Source of the DNA: Culturomica sp.
GTDB taxonomy: Bacteria; Bacteroidota; Bacteroidia; Bacteroidales; Marinifilaceae
DNA length: 64,000 nucleotides
Direction: 5' to 3'
Assembly (NCBI GenBank): GCA_031271755.1
Contig: JAISVB010000075.1
Location: forward strand, 14,955 to 78,954
Below, piece by piece: positions 7,958 to 15,827 of the stretch. The translations under genes and the position numbers were made by a program. Numbering within the stretch: the first letter of the stretch is position 1; every line of letters begins with the position of its first letter. Under the pieces are notes generated by a model that had not been told where the DNA came from, made no database searches, and saw nothing but the letters and a program-made list of their open reading frames with translations.

Positions 7958-8960
7958 GCCCGAGGTTTCGATCATTGTTCCTGTTTACAATACGGCCGAT
8001 CTCTTACACAAGAGTATCCGCTCCCTGTTGCAGCAAACATTGCCGGAGATTGAAATCATTCTGGTCGATGATGCTTCTACCGACGATAGCTTAGCTGTGA
8101 TGAGAGCGTATGAACAGCAACACCCCGATCGAATAAAAGTCCTTCATTCGGGCGTCAATCAGCGCCAGGGAGGCGCCAGGAACTTAGGCATTGAAGCCGC
8201 CCGGGGGGAGTATATCGGTTTTGTGGACAGCGACGACTGGGCGGAACCGGAGATGTACGAACAACTGTACCGGGAAGCTCGAAAAAACAATGCGGACATG
8301 TGCTATTGTTTTCGGAAACAGGTATCGGAAACGGGAAAGACAACAAAGGACTCGGCAACCTATTTTCTCCCGGCGGGCGAAATAACCCCTGCGAAAAGAA
8401 AGGAGATGATAGTCAATCACGTGACTTTTATCCAACGCTACATCTACAAGCGTTCTCTTTTTGTGGAGCACGACATCCGTTTCCCGGCTCATCTTCGCTA
8501 CGAGGACATGCTGATCGATCCGTTGATGTTGTTGTACGCCGGGCGGATCGCCTGTGTGCGCTCCCCCCTGTTCAATTATTTCATACGTTCCGGTTCTACC
8601 ATGACCGAAAAAAACGGATCGAAATACAAAGATAAAATGGCTGTTTCCCGTTTGATCGTGGAAGAATATAAAAAGAGAGGCTGCTACGAAGCGTATAAAG
8701 ACGAAGTGCATAACCTCTATTTCAGGAAGGGGTATGTACATGCCGCTTTAAATTATTTGATCAATGCCGAACGGCCGGATAAACAGGTCATCCGTCAGAT
8801 CAGAACGCAATTACTGGAGATAGACAAGAGCTACAAGACCAATAGTTATTACAAGAAACGGCTCTCTTTTCGATTCATAGACCGGATCTTGTCGGGTGAT
8901 TCTTCGTTTCTTTTACGATCCCTGAAATGGATGTTAGCACTGAGCAAGTATAATGTATAG
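7950..8960 (+). CDS. Glycosyltransferase family 2
   Basis: VSIIVPVYNTADLLHKSIRSLLQQTL...ILVDDASTDDS...FVDSDD is the canonical GT2 (GT-A) DXD architecture. It overlaps the upstream gene by 8 nt. Confidence 0.85.
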   Translation: MHKPEVSIIVPVYNTADLLHKSIRSLLQQTLPEIEIILVDDASTDDSLAVMRAYEQQHPDRIKVLHSGVNQRQGGARNLGIEAARGEYIGFVDSDDWAEPEMYEQLYREARKNNADMCYCFRKQVSETGKTTKDSATYFLPAGEITPAKRKEMIVNHVTFIQRYIYKRSLFVEHDIRFPAHLRYEDMLIDPLMLLYAGRIACVRSPLFNYFIRSGSTMTEKNGSKYKDKMAVSRLIVEEYKKRGCYEAYKDEVHNLYFRKGYVHAALNYLINAERPDKQVIRQIRTQLLEIDKSYKTNSYYKKRLSFRFIDRILSGDSSFLLRSLKWMLALSKYNV

Positions 8961-8966
8961 AGGATT

Positions 8967-9956
8967 ATGGCCTGTTTTTCCATTATAGTACCGGTCTATA
9001 ACCGGCCGGACGAAATAAAAGAATTGCTGGAAAGCCTTTCCGTGCAATCCTGCAAGGATTTTGAGGTATTGATCATGGAAGATGCCTCTTCCCTGAAATG
9101 CGACCGGGTTGTGGAGGAGTACCGGGATCGGTTGGATATCCGGTATTACTTTGAACCGGGAACCGGCAGGAGCCAGCGCCGCAATCTGGGTATGGAGCGG
9201 GCAAAGGGGGATTACTTTGTTTTCTTTGACTCCGACTGTATTATTCCGGAAGCATACTTCACCATCGTGACCAAAAGATTGGAACAGGCGTATGCGGATT
9301 GCTACGGAGGGCCGGACAACGCGCACGCCTCTTTTTCCGATTTCCAGAAAGCGGTCAACTACTCCATGACCTCTTTTCTGACGACCGGAGGGATCCGGGG
9401 GGGGAAAGAGGGATTGGACAAATTCCATCCCCGGACTTTTAATATGGGATTTTCGAGGGAAGTATATCAAAAAACGGGAGGATTCCGGGATATGTTCGGA
9501 GAGGATGTAGACCTCAGCCTCCGGATCCGGGAAGCGGGTTTTACCGTCAAACTTTTCAAGGATGCGTTCGTTTACCACAAAAGAAGGGTGACATTCAAAT
9601 CTTTTTACAAACAGGTCAAAGTATTCGGGATGGCCCGTATCGATCTCTATCTGGAGCATCCGGACTCGTTGAAATGGGTGCATTGTTTGCCGGCCTTTTT
9701 TGTTGTCGGCACCGTGCTGCTGCTCCTTGCTTCCCTCTTTAGCAGGTGGGCGCTTCTGCCGCTGGGGCTCTTTGTTTTGACCGTACTGACAGAATCTGCT
9801 GTAAAAAACAGGAACTTCCGGGTGGTTTGTTTGTCAATATTCGTTAGCTTTACACAACTGTTCGGATACGGGATCGGTTTTTTGGAATATTTTTTCAAAA
9901 AAATAGTTTTTGCCCGGAAAGTCGATCGGGAAAAAGAGTTAAAAAAGCACTACTAA
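8967..9956 (+). CDS. Glycosyltransferase family 2 with C-terminal transmembrane helices
   Basis: FSIIVPVYNRPDEIKELLESL...FFDSDC is a GT2 core. A hydrophobic tail (residues ~240-310) follows. Confidence 0.85.
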   Translation: MACFSIIVPVYNRPDEIKELLESLSVQSCKDFEVLIMEDASSLKCDRVVEEYRDRLDIRYYFEPGTGRSQRRNLGMERAKGDYFVFFDSDCIIPEAYFTIVTKRLEQAYADCYGGPDNAHASFSDFQKAVNYSMTSFLTTGGIRGGKEGLDKFHPRTFNMGFSREVYQKTGGFRDMFGEDVDLSLRIREAGFTVKLFKDAFVYHKRRVTFKSFYKQVKVFGMARIDLYLEHPDSLKWVHCLPAFFVVGTVLLLLASLFSRWALLPLGLFVLTVLTESAVKNRNFRVVCLSIFVSFTQLFGYGIGFLEYFFKKIVFARKVDREKELKKHY

Positions 9957-9961
9957 CATGA

Positions 9962-9997
9962 TCTTACGGTCTTACATGTCTTACTATCTTACGGTCT
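9962..9997. repeat. Short tandem repeat: TCTTAC x4 at 8/9/8-nt spacing in the 57-nt spacer ahead of rfbF
   Basis: Read directly: TCTTAC at 9962, 9970, 9979 and 9987. The outer units are identical 12-mers (ATCTTACGGTCT). Confidence 0.85.
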
Positions 9998-10013
9998 ATA
10001 AAAACGGGAACAG

Positions 10014-10802
10014 ATGAAAACAGTCATACTTTGCGGCGGTTACGGCACACGGATCCGGGATGTGTCCGAGGATATCCCCAAACCCATGATACCGATCGGA
10101 ACAAAGCCCATTTTGTGGCACATCATGAAATACTATGCCGAATTCGGTTATCATGATTTTATCCTGTGTATGGGGTATAAGAGCGACGTCATCAAAGATT
10201 TCTTTGTGAATTACGAATACCGCCAGTCCGATATCCTGCTGACATTGGGTACCCAATCCGAGCGGGTGATCCCTGACGTTCCTTTGGACGAAAAAGGTTG
10301 GAATATCGTGCTGGCGGAAACCGGCCTGGACACCCTGACCGGGACGCGTGTGAAACGGATAGAGAAATACATCGGGAACGACGAAGATTTTATGCTGACT
10401 TACGGAGACGGGGTGGGCGACATTGACATCCGGAAATTGGTGGAATTCCACAAATCGCACGGGAAACTGGTTACGGTTACAGGCGTCCGGCCTCCCGGCA
10501 GGTTCGGAGAGCTGGGGATCGGGGATGACGGTGTAACGGTGGAAGGCTTCAACGAAAAGCCGCAAGCCACCGGAGGCTTCATCAACGGCGGTTTTTTTGT
10601 GTGTAAACGGGAATTTCTGGATCTGCTGCGCCCGGAGGAGAACGTCATGCTCGAACAGGAACCGATGAAAAAGTTGGTCGCCGGAAAAGAGTTGAAAGTA
10701 TTTAAACACGAGGGATTCTGGCAACCGATGGACACCTCGCGCGAATACGCCCTGCTGAACGATCTCTGTAAAAACAACAAAGCACCCTGGGTAAAATGGT
10801 AG
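10014..10802 (+). CDS. rfbF: Glucose-1-phosphate cytidylyltransferase
   Basis: MKTVILCGGYGTRIRDVSEDIPKPMIPIGTKPILWHIMKYY... is near-canonical RfbF/DdhA. Size is 262 aa. Confidence 0.9.
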   Translation: MKTVILCGGYGTRIRDVSEDIPKPMIPIGTKPILWHIMKYYAEFGYHDFILCMGYKSDVIKDFFVNYEYRQSDILLTLGTQSERVIPDVPLDEKGWNIVLAETGLDTLTGTRVKRIEKYIGNDEDFMLTYGDGVGDIDIRKLVEFHKSHGKLVTVTGVRPPGRFGELGIGDDGVTVEGFNEKPQATGGFINGGFFVCKREFLDLLRPEENVMLEQEPMKKLVAGKELKVFKHEGFWQPMDTSREYALLNDLCKNNKAPWVKW

Positions 10803-11908
10803 ATGTAAAGCTGTTCGGCGACACCTATCGCCGGAAAAAAGTATTGATCACCGGTAACACGGGATTCAAAGGTTCCTGGCTTTCGGCCTGGCTGTTGTCC
10901 TTAGGGGCGGATGTATACGGACTCTCCGTAGACATTCCCACCAAGCCCTCTGTTTTCGAGGAGTTGGAACTTTTGAAAAAAGTACACCATGCCTTCGGAG
11001 ATATATGCGATCTCGCTACGGTAAAGGAACGGATCGACGCCGTCGAACCGGATTTTGTATTCCACCTGGCGGCGCAGCCGATCGTTTCCGTTTCCTACCA
11101 GGCGCCGGTAGACACCATTCTGTCGAATGTACTGGGCACCACCCACGTATTGGAGGCGTTGCGGCTCTATGCGAAGCCCTGTACGGCCGTCATCATCACC
11201 TCGGATAAATGCTACGACAATGTGGAATGGGTGTGGGGATATAAAGAGACGGATGCGTTGGGAGGAAAGGATATTTACAGCGGTTCCAAAGGGGCCGCGG
11301 AGGTGATCTTCAAATCGTATTACCACTCTTTCTTTAAAAAACCGGATTCGAACATCCGCGTGGCAACGGCCCGGGCGGGGAATGTGATCGGCGGAGGAGA
11401 TTGGGCGTTGGACAGGATCGTTCCGGACACCATGCGCTCCTGGAGCAGGGAGGAGGCTGTGGAAATCCGCAACCCCCGCGCAACGCGCCCCTGGCAGCAC
11501 GTGTTAGAACCTTTGAGCGGCTATCTTTTGTTGGGGCAGATGCTGCACGAAGATCCGAAATTCAACGGGGAGAGTTTCAACTTTGGTCCCGACGACAGCC
11601 AGACCCATACCGTAGAGGATATCCTGAAAGATCTGAGCAAAACCTGGCGCATCGATCCCGGGAAAGCGTACCGCGTGACCGGCGACAGAAAATTCCACGA
11701 AGCAGGCCTGTTGAAACTGAATTGCGACAAAGCCTTGCACCATCTGCACTGGATACCTGTGTTGAGTTACGAGGAACTGATCCGGTACACGGGAGAGTGG
11801 TATTACCGTTTTTACAAAGAGGGCCGGGAGATGTATGACCATACGGTCGGTCAGATCCGCGAATACTGCATCCGGGCAGCCCAAAAAGAGCGGATATGGA
11901 CGAAATAG
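10796..11908 (+). CDS. rfbG: CDP-glucose 4,6-dehydratase
   Basis: The SDR motif VLITGNTGFKGSW and the YSGSK catalytic motif are present. Size is 370 aa. It overlaps rfbF by 7 nt. Confidence 0.9.
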   Translation: MVDVKLFGDTYRRKKVLITGNTGFKGSWLSAWLLSLGADVYGLSVDIPTKPSVFEELELLKKVHHAFGDICDLATVKERIDAVEPDFVFHLAAQPIVSVSYQAPVDTILSNVLGTTHVLEALRLYAKPCTAVIITSDKCYDNVEWVWGYKETDALGGKDIYSGSKGAAEVIFKSYYHSFFKKPDSNIRVATARAGNVIGGGDWALDRIVPDTMRSWSREEAVEIRNPRATRPWQHVLEPLSGYLLLGQMLHEDPKFNGESFNFGPDDSQTHTVEDILKDLSKTWRIDPGKAYRVTGDRKFHEAGLLKLNCDKALHHLHWIPVLSYEELIRYTGEWYYRFYKEGREMYDHTVGQIREYCIRAAQKERIWTK

Positions 11909-12348
11909 GGAAAGAAGGGATCATCGACGGGGTCATCCTGACTCCCCTGAAACAGATCTTTAACGAGAAAGGAGATGTGTTCCATGCGATGAAAGAGAGC
12001 GAAGCCGGATACAAGCGATTCGGGGAAGCCTATTTTTCGACGATCCATCCGGGAGAGATCAAACCGTGGAAAATGCACACCCGGATGACGCTTAATTTGG
12101 TCGTTCCCGTGGGCGAAATAAAATTTGTGCTGTACGACGACCGGGAGCAGAGTCCCACCCGGGGGCTCTACAACGAGTTCGTGCTCTCCCGGGATCACTA
12201 CGCCCGTTTGACCGTTCCTCCCCGGGTTTGGTTTGCTTTCCAGGGATTGGCGGGTGCACCCAACCTGCTTTTGAACATAGCGGATATGGAGCACGACCCG
12301 GAAGAGATCGTGCGATTGGAGTTAAACGATCTAAATTACCGCTGGTAA
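11896..12348 (+). CDS. RmlC-like cupin sugar-nucleotide 3,5-epimerase (short form, 150 aa)
   Basis: The layout is RmlC-like beta-barrel (...GEAYFSTIHPGEIKPWKMH...VPVGEIKFVLYDDRE.SPT...VPPRVWFAFQG). It overlaps rfbG by 13 nt. Confidence 0.7.
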   Translation: MDEIGKEGIIDGVILTPLKQIFNEKGDVFHAMKESEAGYKRFGEAYFSTIHPGEIKPWKMHTRMTLNLVVPVGEIKFVLYDDREQSPTRGLYNEFVLSRDHYARLTVPPRVWFAFQGLAGAPNLLLNIADMEHDPEEIVRLELNDLNYRW

Positions 12349-13292
12349 TGGAAAAGGTGTTGATCACAGGCGGCAACGGCTATCTCGGGGCAAGGTTAAG
12401 CAAGTACTTAGCGGAAGAGGGCTTTCGGGTGACGGCGCTTTGTTATCCGGAAATAGCCGGTGACGCGGAGTGGCGTTCGAAATTGGAGCAGGTGATCGCC
12501 GGGGATGTCCGGGATGAGGCGTTTTTGGAGCGTGTGGCGGAAGCGGGGGACTATGACATACTGATACACCTGGTTTCCTTAGATCACCGGGATTCCAACG
12601 AAGGGATGCCGTCGGCGGTGGCGTCGGTGAATACAACCCCTGTGTGGAGCCTTCTCCATATATTCTCCAAACACCGTTTAAAACGCTTTATCTATTTGTC
12701 CACCGTCCATGTATACGGATCGCCCGGGAGCAGGAAAATAACCGAAGAGGAGCCGTTGAATCCCTTGACGCCCTATGCCTTGACCCATGCCTTGGGAGAG
12801 GAGTTGTGCGCCTACTACAACCACACATCGGAGGTGGAGTGCATAGCGATCCGGTTGACCAACAGTTACGGCTCCCCGGTATTTCGGGAAAATAATTGCT
12901 GGTGGTTGGTGATCAACGACCTGTGCCGCATGGCGTATGAAAAAAAGGAGATCGTTTTACTGTCCGACGGCACCCCGCAAAGGGATTTTATACACGGCCG
13001 GGATGTGTGCAAAGCGGTCAAATACATCCTCCGGGATCCCCGCAAAGGGGTTTATCAGGTAAGCTCGGGAACCACTTGGACCATCGAAGAGCTCGCTTAT
13101 AAAATACAGGCTGTTTATCGGTCGCGCTACAACAGCGAGATCCCGGTCAGGATAAAACCCAAAGAGCGGCAACCGGAACATACGGCCCGCTATATCATAG
13201 ACAATCAAAAACTTCTTTCCACCGGTTATACGCCCGATTGGCCCCTTGAAAAAGGGATCGGCGAGCTTTTCGATTACCTGGAGAAAGCCTGA
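12348..13292 (+). CDS. NAD(P)-dependent epimerase/dehydratase family protein (probable 4-keto reductase of the CDP-sugar pathway)
   Basis: MEKVLITGGNGYLGARL is a Rossmann motif and YALTH resembles YxxxK. ATG 12348 overlaps the upstream stop (TAATG). The ORF-track start at 12228 lies inside the previous gene. Confidence 0.85.
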   Translation: MEKVLITGGNGYLGARLSKYLAEEGFRVTALCYPEIAGDAEWRSKLEQVIAGDVRDEAFLERVAEAGDYDILIHLVSLDHRDSNEGMPSAVASVNTTPVWSLLHIFSKHRLKRFIYLSTVHVYGSPGSRKITEEEPLNPLTPYALTHALGEELCAYYNHTSEVECIAIRLTNSYGSPVFRENNCWWLVINDLCRMAYEKKEIVLLSDGTPQRDFIHGRDVCKAVKYILRDPRKGVYQVSSGTTWTIEELAYKIQAVYRSRYNSEIPVRIKPKERQPEHTARYIIDNQKLLSTGYTPDWPLEKGIGELFDYLEKA

Positions 13293-13310
13293 AAGGTTGT
13301 TTAAATTTCT

Positions 13311-15743
13311 CTAACCGTTCCTGCTCTTTTTGATGTACCGGAAGATCACTACGCCCGTCAGCAGGAAGAGAACGACCAATCCGCCGGTACCGATACCTTC
13401 CGTTACTTTTAAAGACGCAGGTTTAAAGGTCATGACAATTTCGTGCATTCCGGCAGGAACATAGATGCCCCGTAAAATGTAATTCACCCTTACGATGGGG
13501 ACTTCCTCCCCGTCGATCGTTGCTTTCCAGCCGGAGCCGTAGAAGACTTCGGAAAACACGGCGAATTCATTGGACGAGGAACGGGAGGCATATTGTAACT
13601 CGTTGGGTTTATAGGAAGTCAGTCGTATGCTTCCGTTTGTGTCCCGGGCAATCGGCTTGTCCCCTAATTCCGGATAGAATCTTTTATCGATAACAGCCAC
13701 GGAGGCCGGTTCGAAATCATTCAACGCCGCGATCTCCTCGTCTGCATTATCGACCCATTTTACAGAATCCACGAACCAGGCATTCCCCATTGCTTCCGGA
13801 TTTAATTGGGCAACAGGCCTTTTATCCGCGCCCGGAACAATGAAATATTTTGTGTTGAGCATATTGAATACCTGCCTGTTCCCTTTGGACAGGTGGTATT
13901 CGATCAGGTCCTGATAACGCTTTAGCTTGGCTGCGTGATACCCCCCTACGGATTTATGGTAATAGGAGGTGGTGCCGTCGTTGAACGAGTTGACGGTAGC
14001 ATTGAAAACACGGTAATGCGGATCGCTGTCTTTCAGTATTTCGATATCGGCGGCGGTTTGCGGAAAAAAGGAGCTGTAGTTCTTCACCTGTTGCCTGCTG
14101 ATCTCCGAATCGGAATTCAAATAACGTTTGTCGACCATCCACAGATCTCCCAGGCAGAGCAAAGTAACCAGGAGGACAAAAATGTTCGTTTTGAGTTTTT
14201 GGCGGGCATAGAACCAAAGGAGGCAACAGCCGATGGCAATGATGATCACGGAACGCCAGGCATCGCTTTTGAATATGCTGATCCGGACATCCTCTAAGGC
14301 CGTGATAAAAGCTCCCATCTGCGGGTTTTGCGGAGATGCGAAAAACGTATGGGTCTCTTCCGTGCTCAGAAAATCAAAAAATGTCCGGGGCAGAAGGATA
14401 AACAAAAACGTCAATCCTCCGGTAAGCCCGGCGCTGATCCACACGGCCCTCTTTTTTTCGACCAAGACGCGGGGATCTTTTACGATCTCCATCAGCGCTA
14501 AAACCGCCATCAAAGGAACAATGAACTCCACTACGACAAGAATGGAGGAGACGGCTCTGAATTTGGAATACATCGGAACGTAATCCGCAAAGAGGTTGGT
14601 TAATCCCATAAAATGCTTTCCCCAGGATAACAAAACGATCAGTACGGTCAAGGCCAGCATGTACCATTTGAACCTGGATTTGAGCAGGAAAAAGGACAAC
14701 ACGAATAACATCATAAAAAAGGCGCCTGCGTACACGGGGCCTTCGGTAAAGGGCATGTCCCCCCAATATTGATTTTGCTGGGCTATAGCTTGTCTCAACT
14801 GGGCGGAAACATCCTGAACGGCTTTCCGGTTGCCGATGTATCCGCTGCCTCCCCCTTTGGCATCGGGGATCAGCAACGTCCAGGTCTCTCCGATGCCGTA
14901 ACTCCACCCCACCATGTAGTCCCGGTCGAGCCCCGACTCTGTTTTATTGTGCAGGTCCTGTGTGAGTTCGGACTTTCCCCGGATCGTCTCTTTGCTGTAT
15001 TCCCACGTGTGGTATAGATTCGAAAGATTGACGGAGAGTGCGATCAAAGCGGCTATACCGCATACGGCGCTTGCTTTAAAAAATTGCGGTATCGTCCGGT
15101 TTTTTAAACTTTCAACGAATTTATAAACGACAAATACCAGAATGACGAACATGAAATAGTAGATCATCTGGATGTGGTTCCCGGAAAGCTGGAAGGTAAG
15201 GAACAGGGATGTGACCCAAAGCCCTGTTACGTATTTTCCCCGGTAAGCCAGTACAATCCCGGCCATTGTCGGGGGAATATACGCCAATGTGAGGAGTTTC
15301 CAGATGTGCCCGGCCTCTATCAATATCAGGAAATACGATGAAAATGCATACCCGATGGCGCCCAATATGGCTGTATCCGTTCTTGCTCCGATGACGACCA
15401 GCAGGATATAAAACCCCAGCATCATGACAAACAAATAGGAGGCGGGGGCGGGGATGTATAAGTCGTACGCTCTTTTTATTTTACCGAGAGCACCCAAAGG
15501 GGCATAAGCGAGCGTAATTTGGTAGGCAGGCATGCCCGAAAAAAGCGAATTGGTCCAGCGGGAGGTTTCGCCCGTTTCTTTCCTGTATTCATTGATCTCA
15601 TTGCCGACACCGCTCCGGCTGTCACTCCCCAATACCGTTTTTCCTTCGAATATTCCGGGTGAGAAATAGAGGAAAGAGATCAGAACAAAAACTACAATAG
15701 CCTTTAAATGAGGTAAATATCTCTTTAAAACAGCGGCGTACAT
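13311..15743 (-). CDS. YfhO-family polytopic membrane protein (GT-C-like glycosyltransferase)
   Basis: Size is 810 aa with more than 12 hydrophobic helices, then a soluble C-terminal domain and a final TM helix. This is the YfhO layout. Confidence 0.8.
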   Translation of the reverse strand: MYAAVLKRYLPHLKAIVVFVLISFLYFSPGIFEGKTVLGSDSRSGVGNEINEYRKETGETSRWTNSLFSGMPAYQITLAYAPLGALGKIKRAYDLYIPAPASYLFVMMLGFYILLVVIGARTDTAILGAIGYAFSSYFLILIEAGHIWKLLTLAYIPPTMAGIVLAYRGKYVTGLWVTSLFLTFQLSGNHIQMIYYFMFVILVFVVYKFVESLKNRTIPQFFKASAVCGIAALIALSVNLSNLYHTWEYSKETIRGKSELTQDLHNKTESGLDRDYMVGWSYGIGETWTLLIPDAKGGGSGYIGNRKAVQDVSAQLRQAIAQQNQYWGDMPFTEGPVYAGAFFMMLFVLSFFLLKSRFKWYMLALTVLIVLLSWGKHFMGLTNLFADYVPMYSKFRAVSSILVVVEFIVPLMAVLALMEIVKDPRVLVEKKRAVWISAGLTGGLTFLFILLPRTFFDFLSTEETHTFFASPQNPQMGAFITALEDVRISIFKSDAWRSVIIIAIGCCLLWFYARQKLKTNIFVLLVTLLCLGDLWMVDKRYLNSDSEISRQQVKNYSSFFPQTAADIEILKDSDPHYRVFNATVNSFNDGTTSYYHKSVGGYHAAKLKRYQDLIEYHLSKGNRQVFNMLNTKYFIVPGADKRPVAQLNPEAMGNAWFVDSVKWVDNADEEIAALNDFEPASVAVIDKRFYPELGDKPIARDTNGSIRLTSYKPNELQYASRSSSNEFAVFSEVFYGSGWKATIDGEEVPIVRVNYILRGIYVPAGMHEIVMTFKPASLKVTEGIGTGGLVVLFLLTGVVIFRYIKKSRNG

Positions 15744-15769
15744 GGCGTTTAATTTTAAGTGGATACGAA

Positions 15770-15808
15770 CATAGAATGACAGGCAGAAATTCTACCTGTC
15801 ATTCTATG
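15770..15808 (-). terminator. Long hairpin (14-bp perfect stem) between the PpiD-like gene and yfhO
   Basis: CATAGAATGACAGG-N11-CCTGTCATTCTATG, read directly, lies 20 nt downstream of the PpiD-like stop. No clear U-tract follows. Confidence 0.45.
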
Positions 15809-15827
15809 GAGTTGGGAATATCTCAAA

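Noticed and set aside
12228-12347. Longer N-terminal extension of the SDR reductase ORF
   Set aside because: The extension lies wholly inside the preceding epimerase gene. The Rossmann motif begins right after the internal ATG 12348, which overlaps the upstream stop (TAATG).
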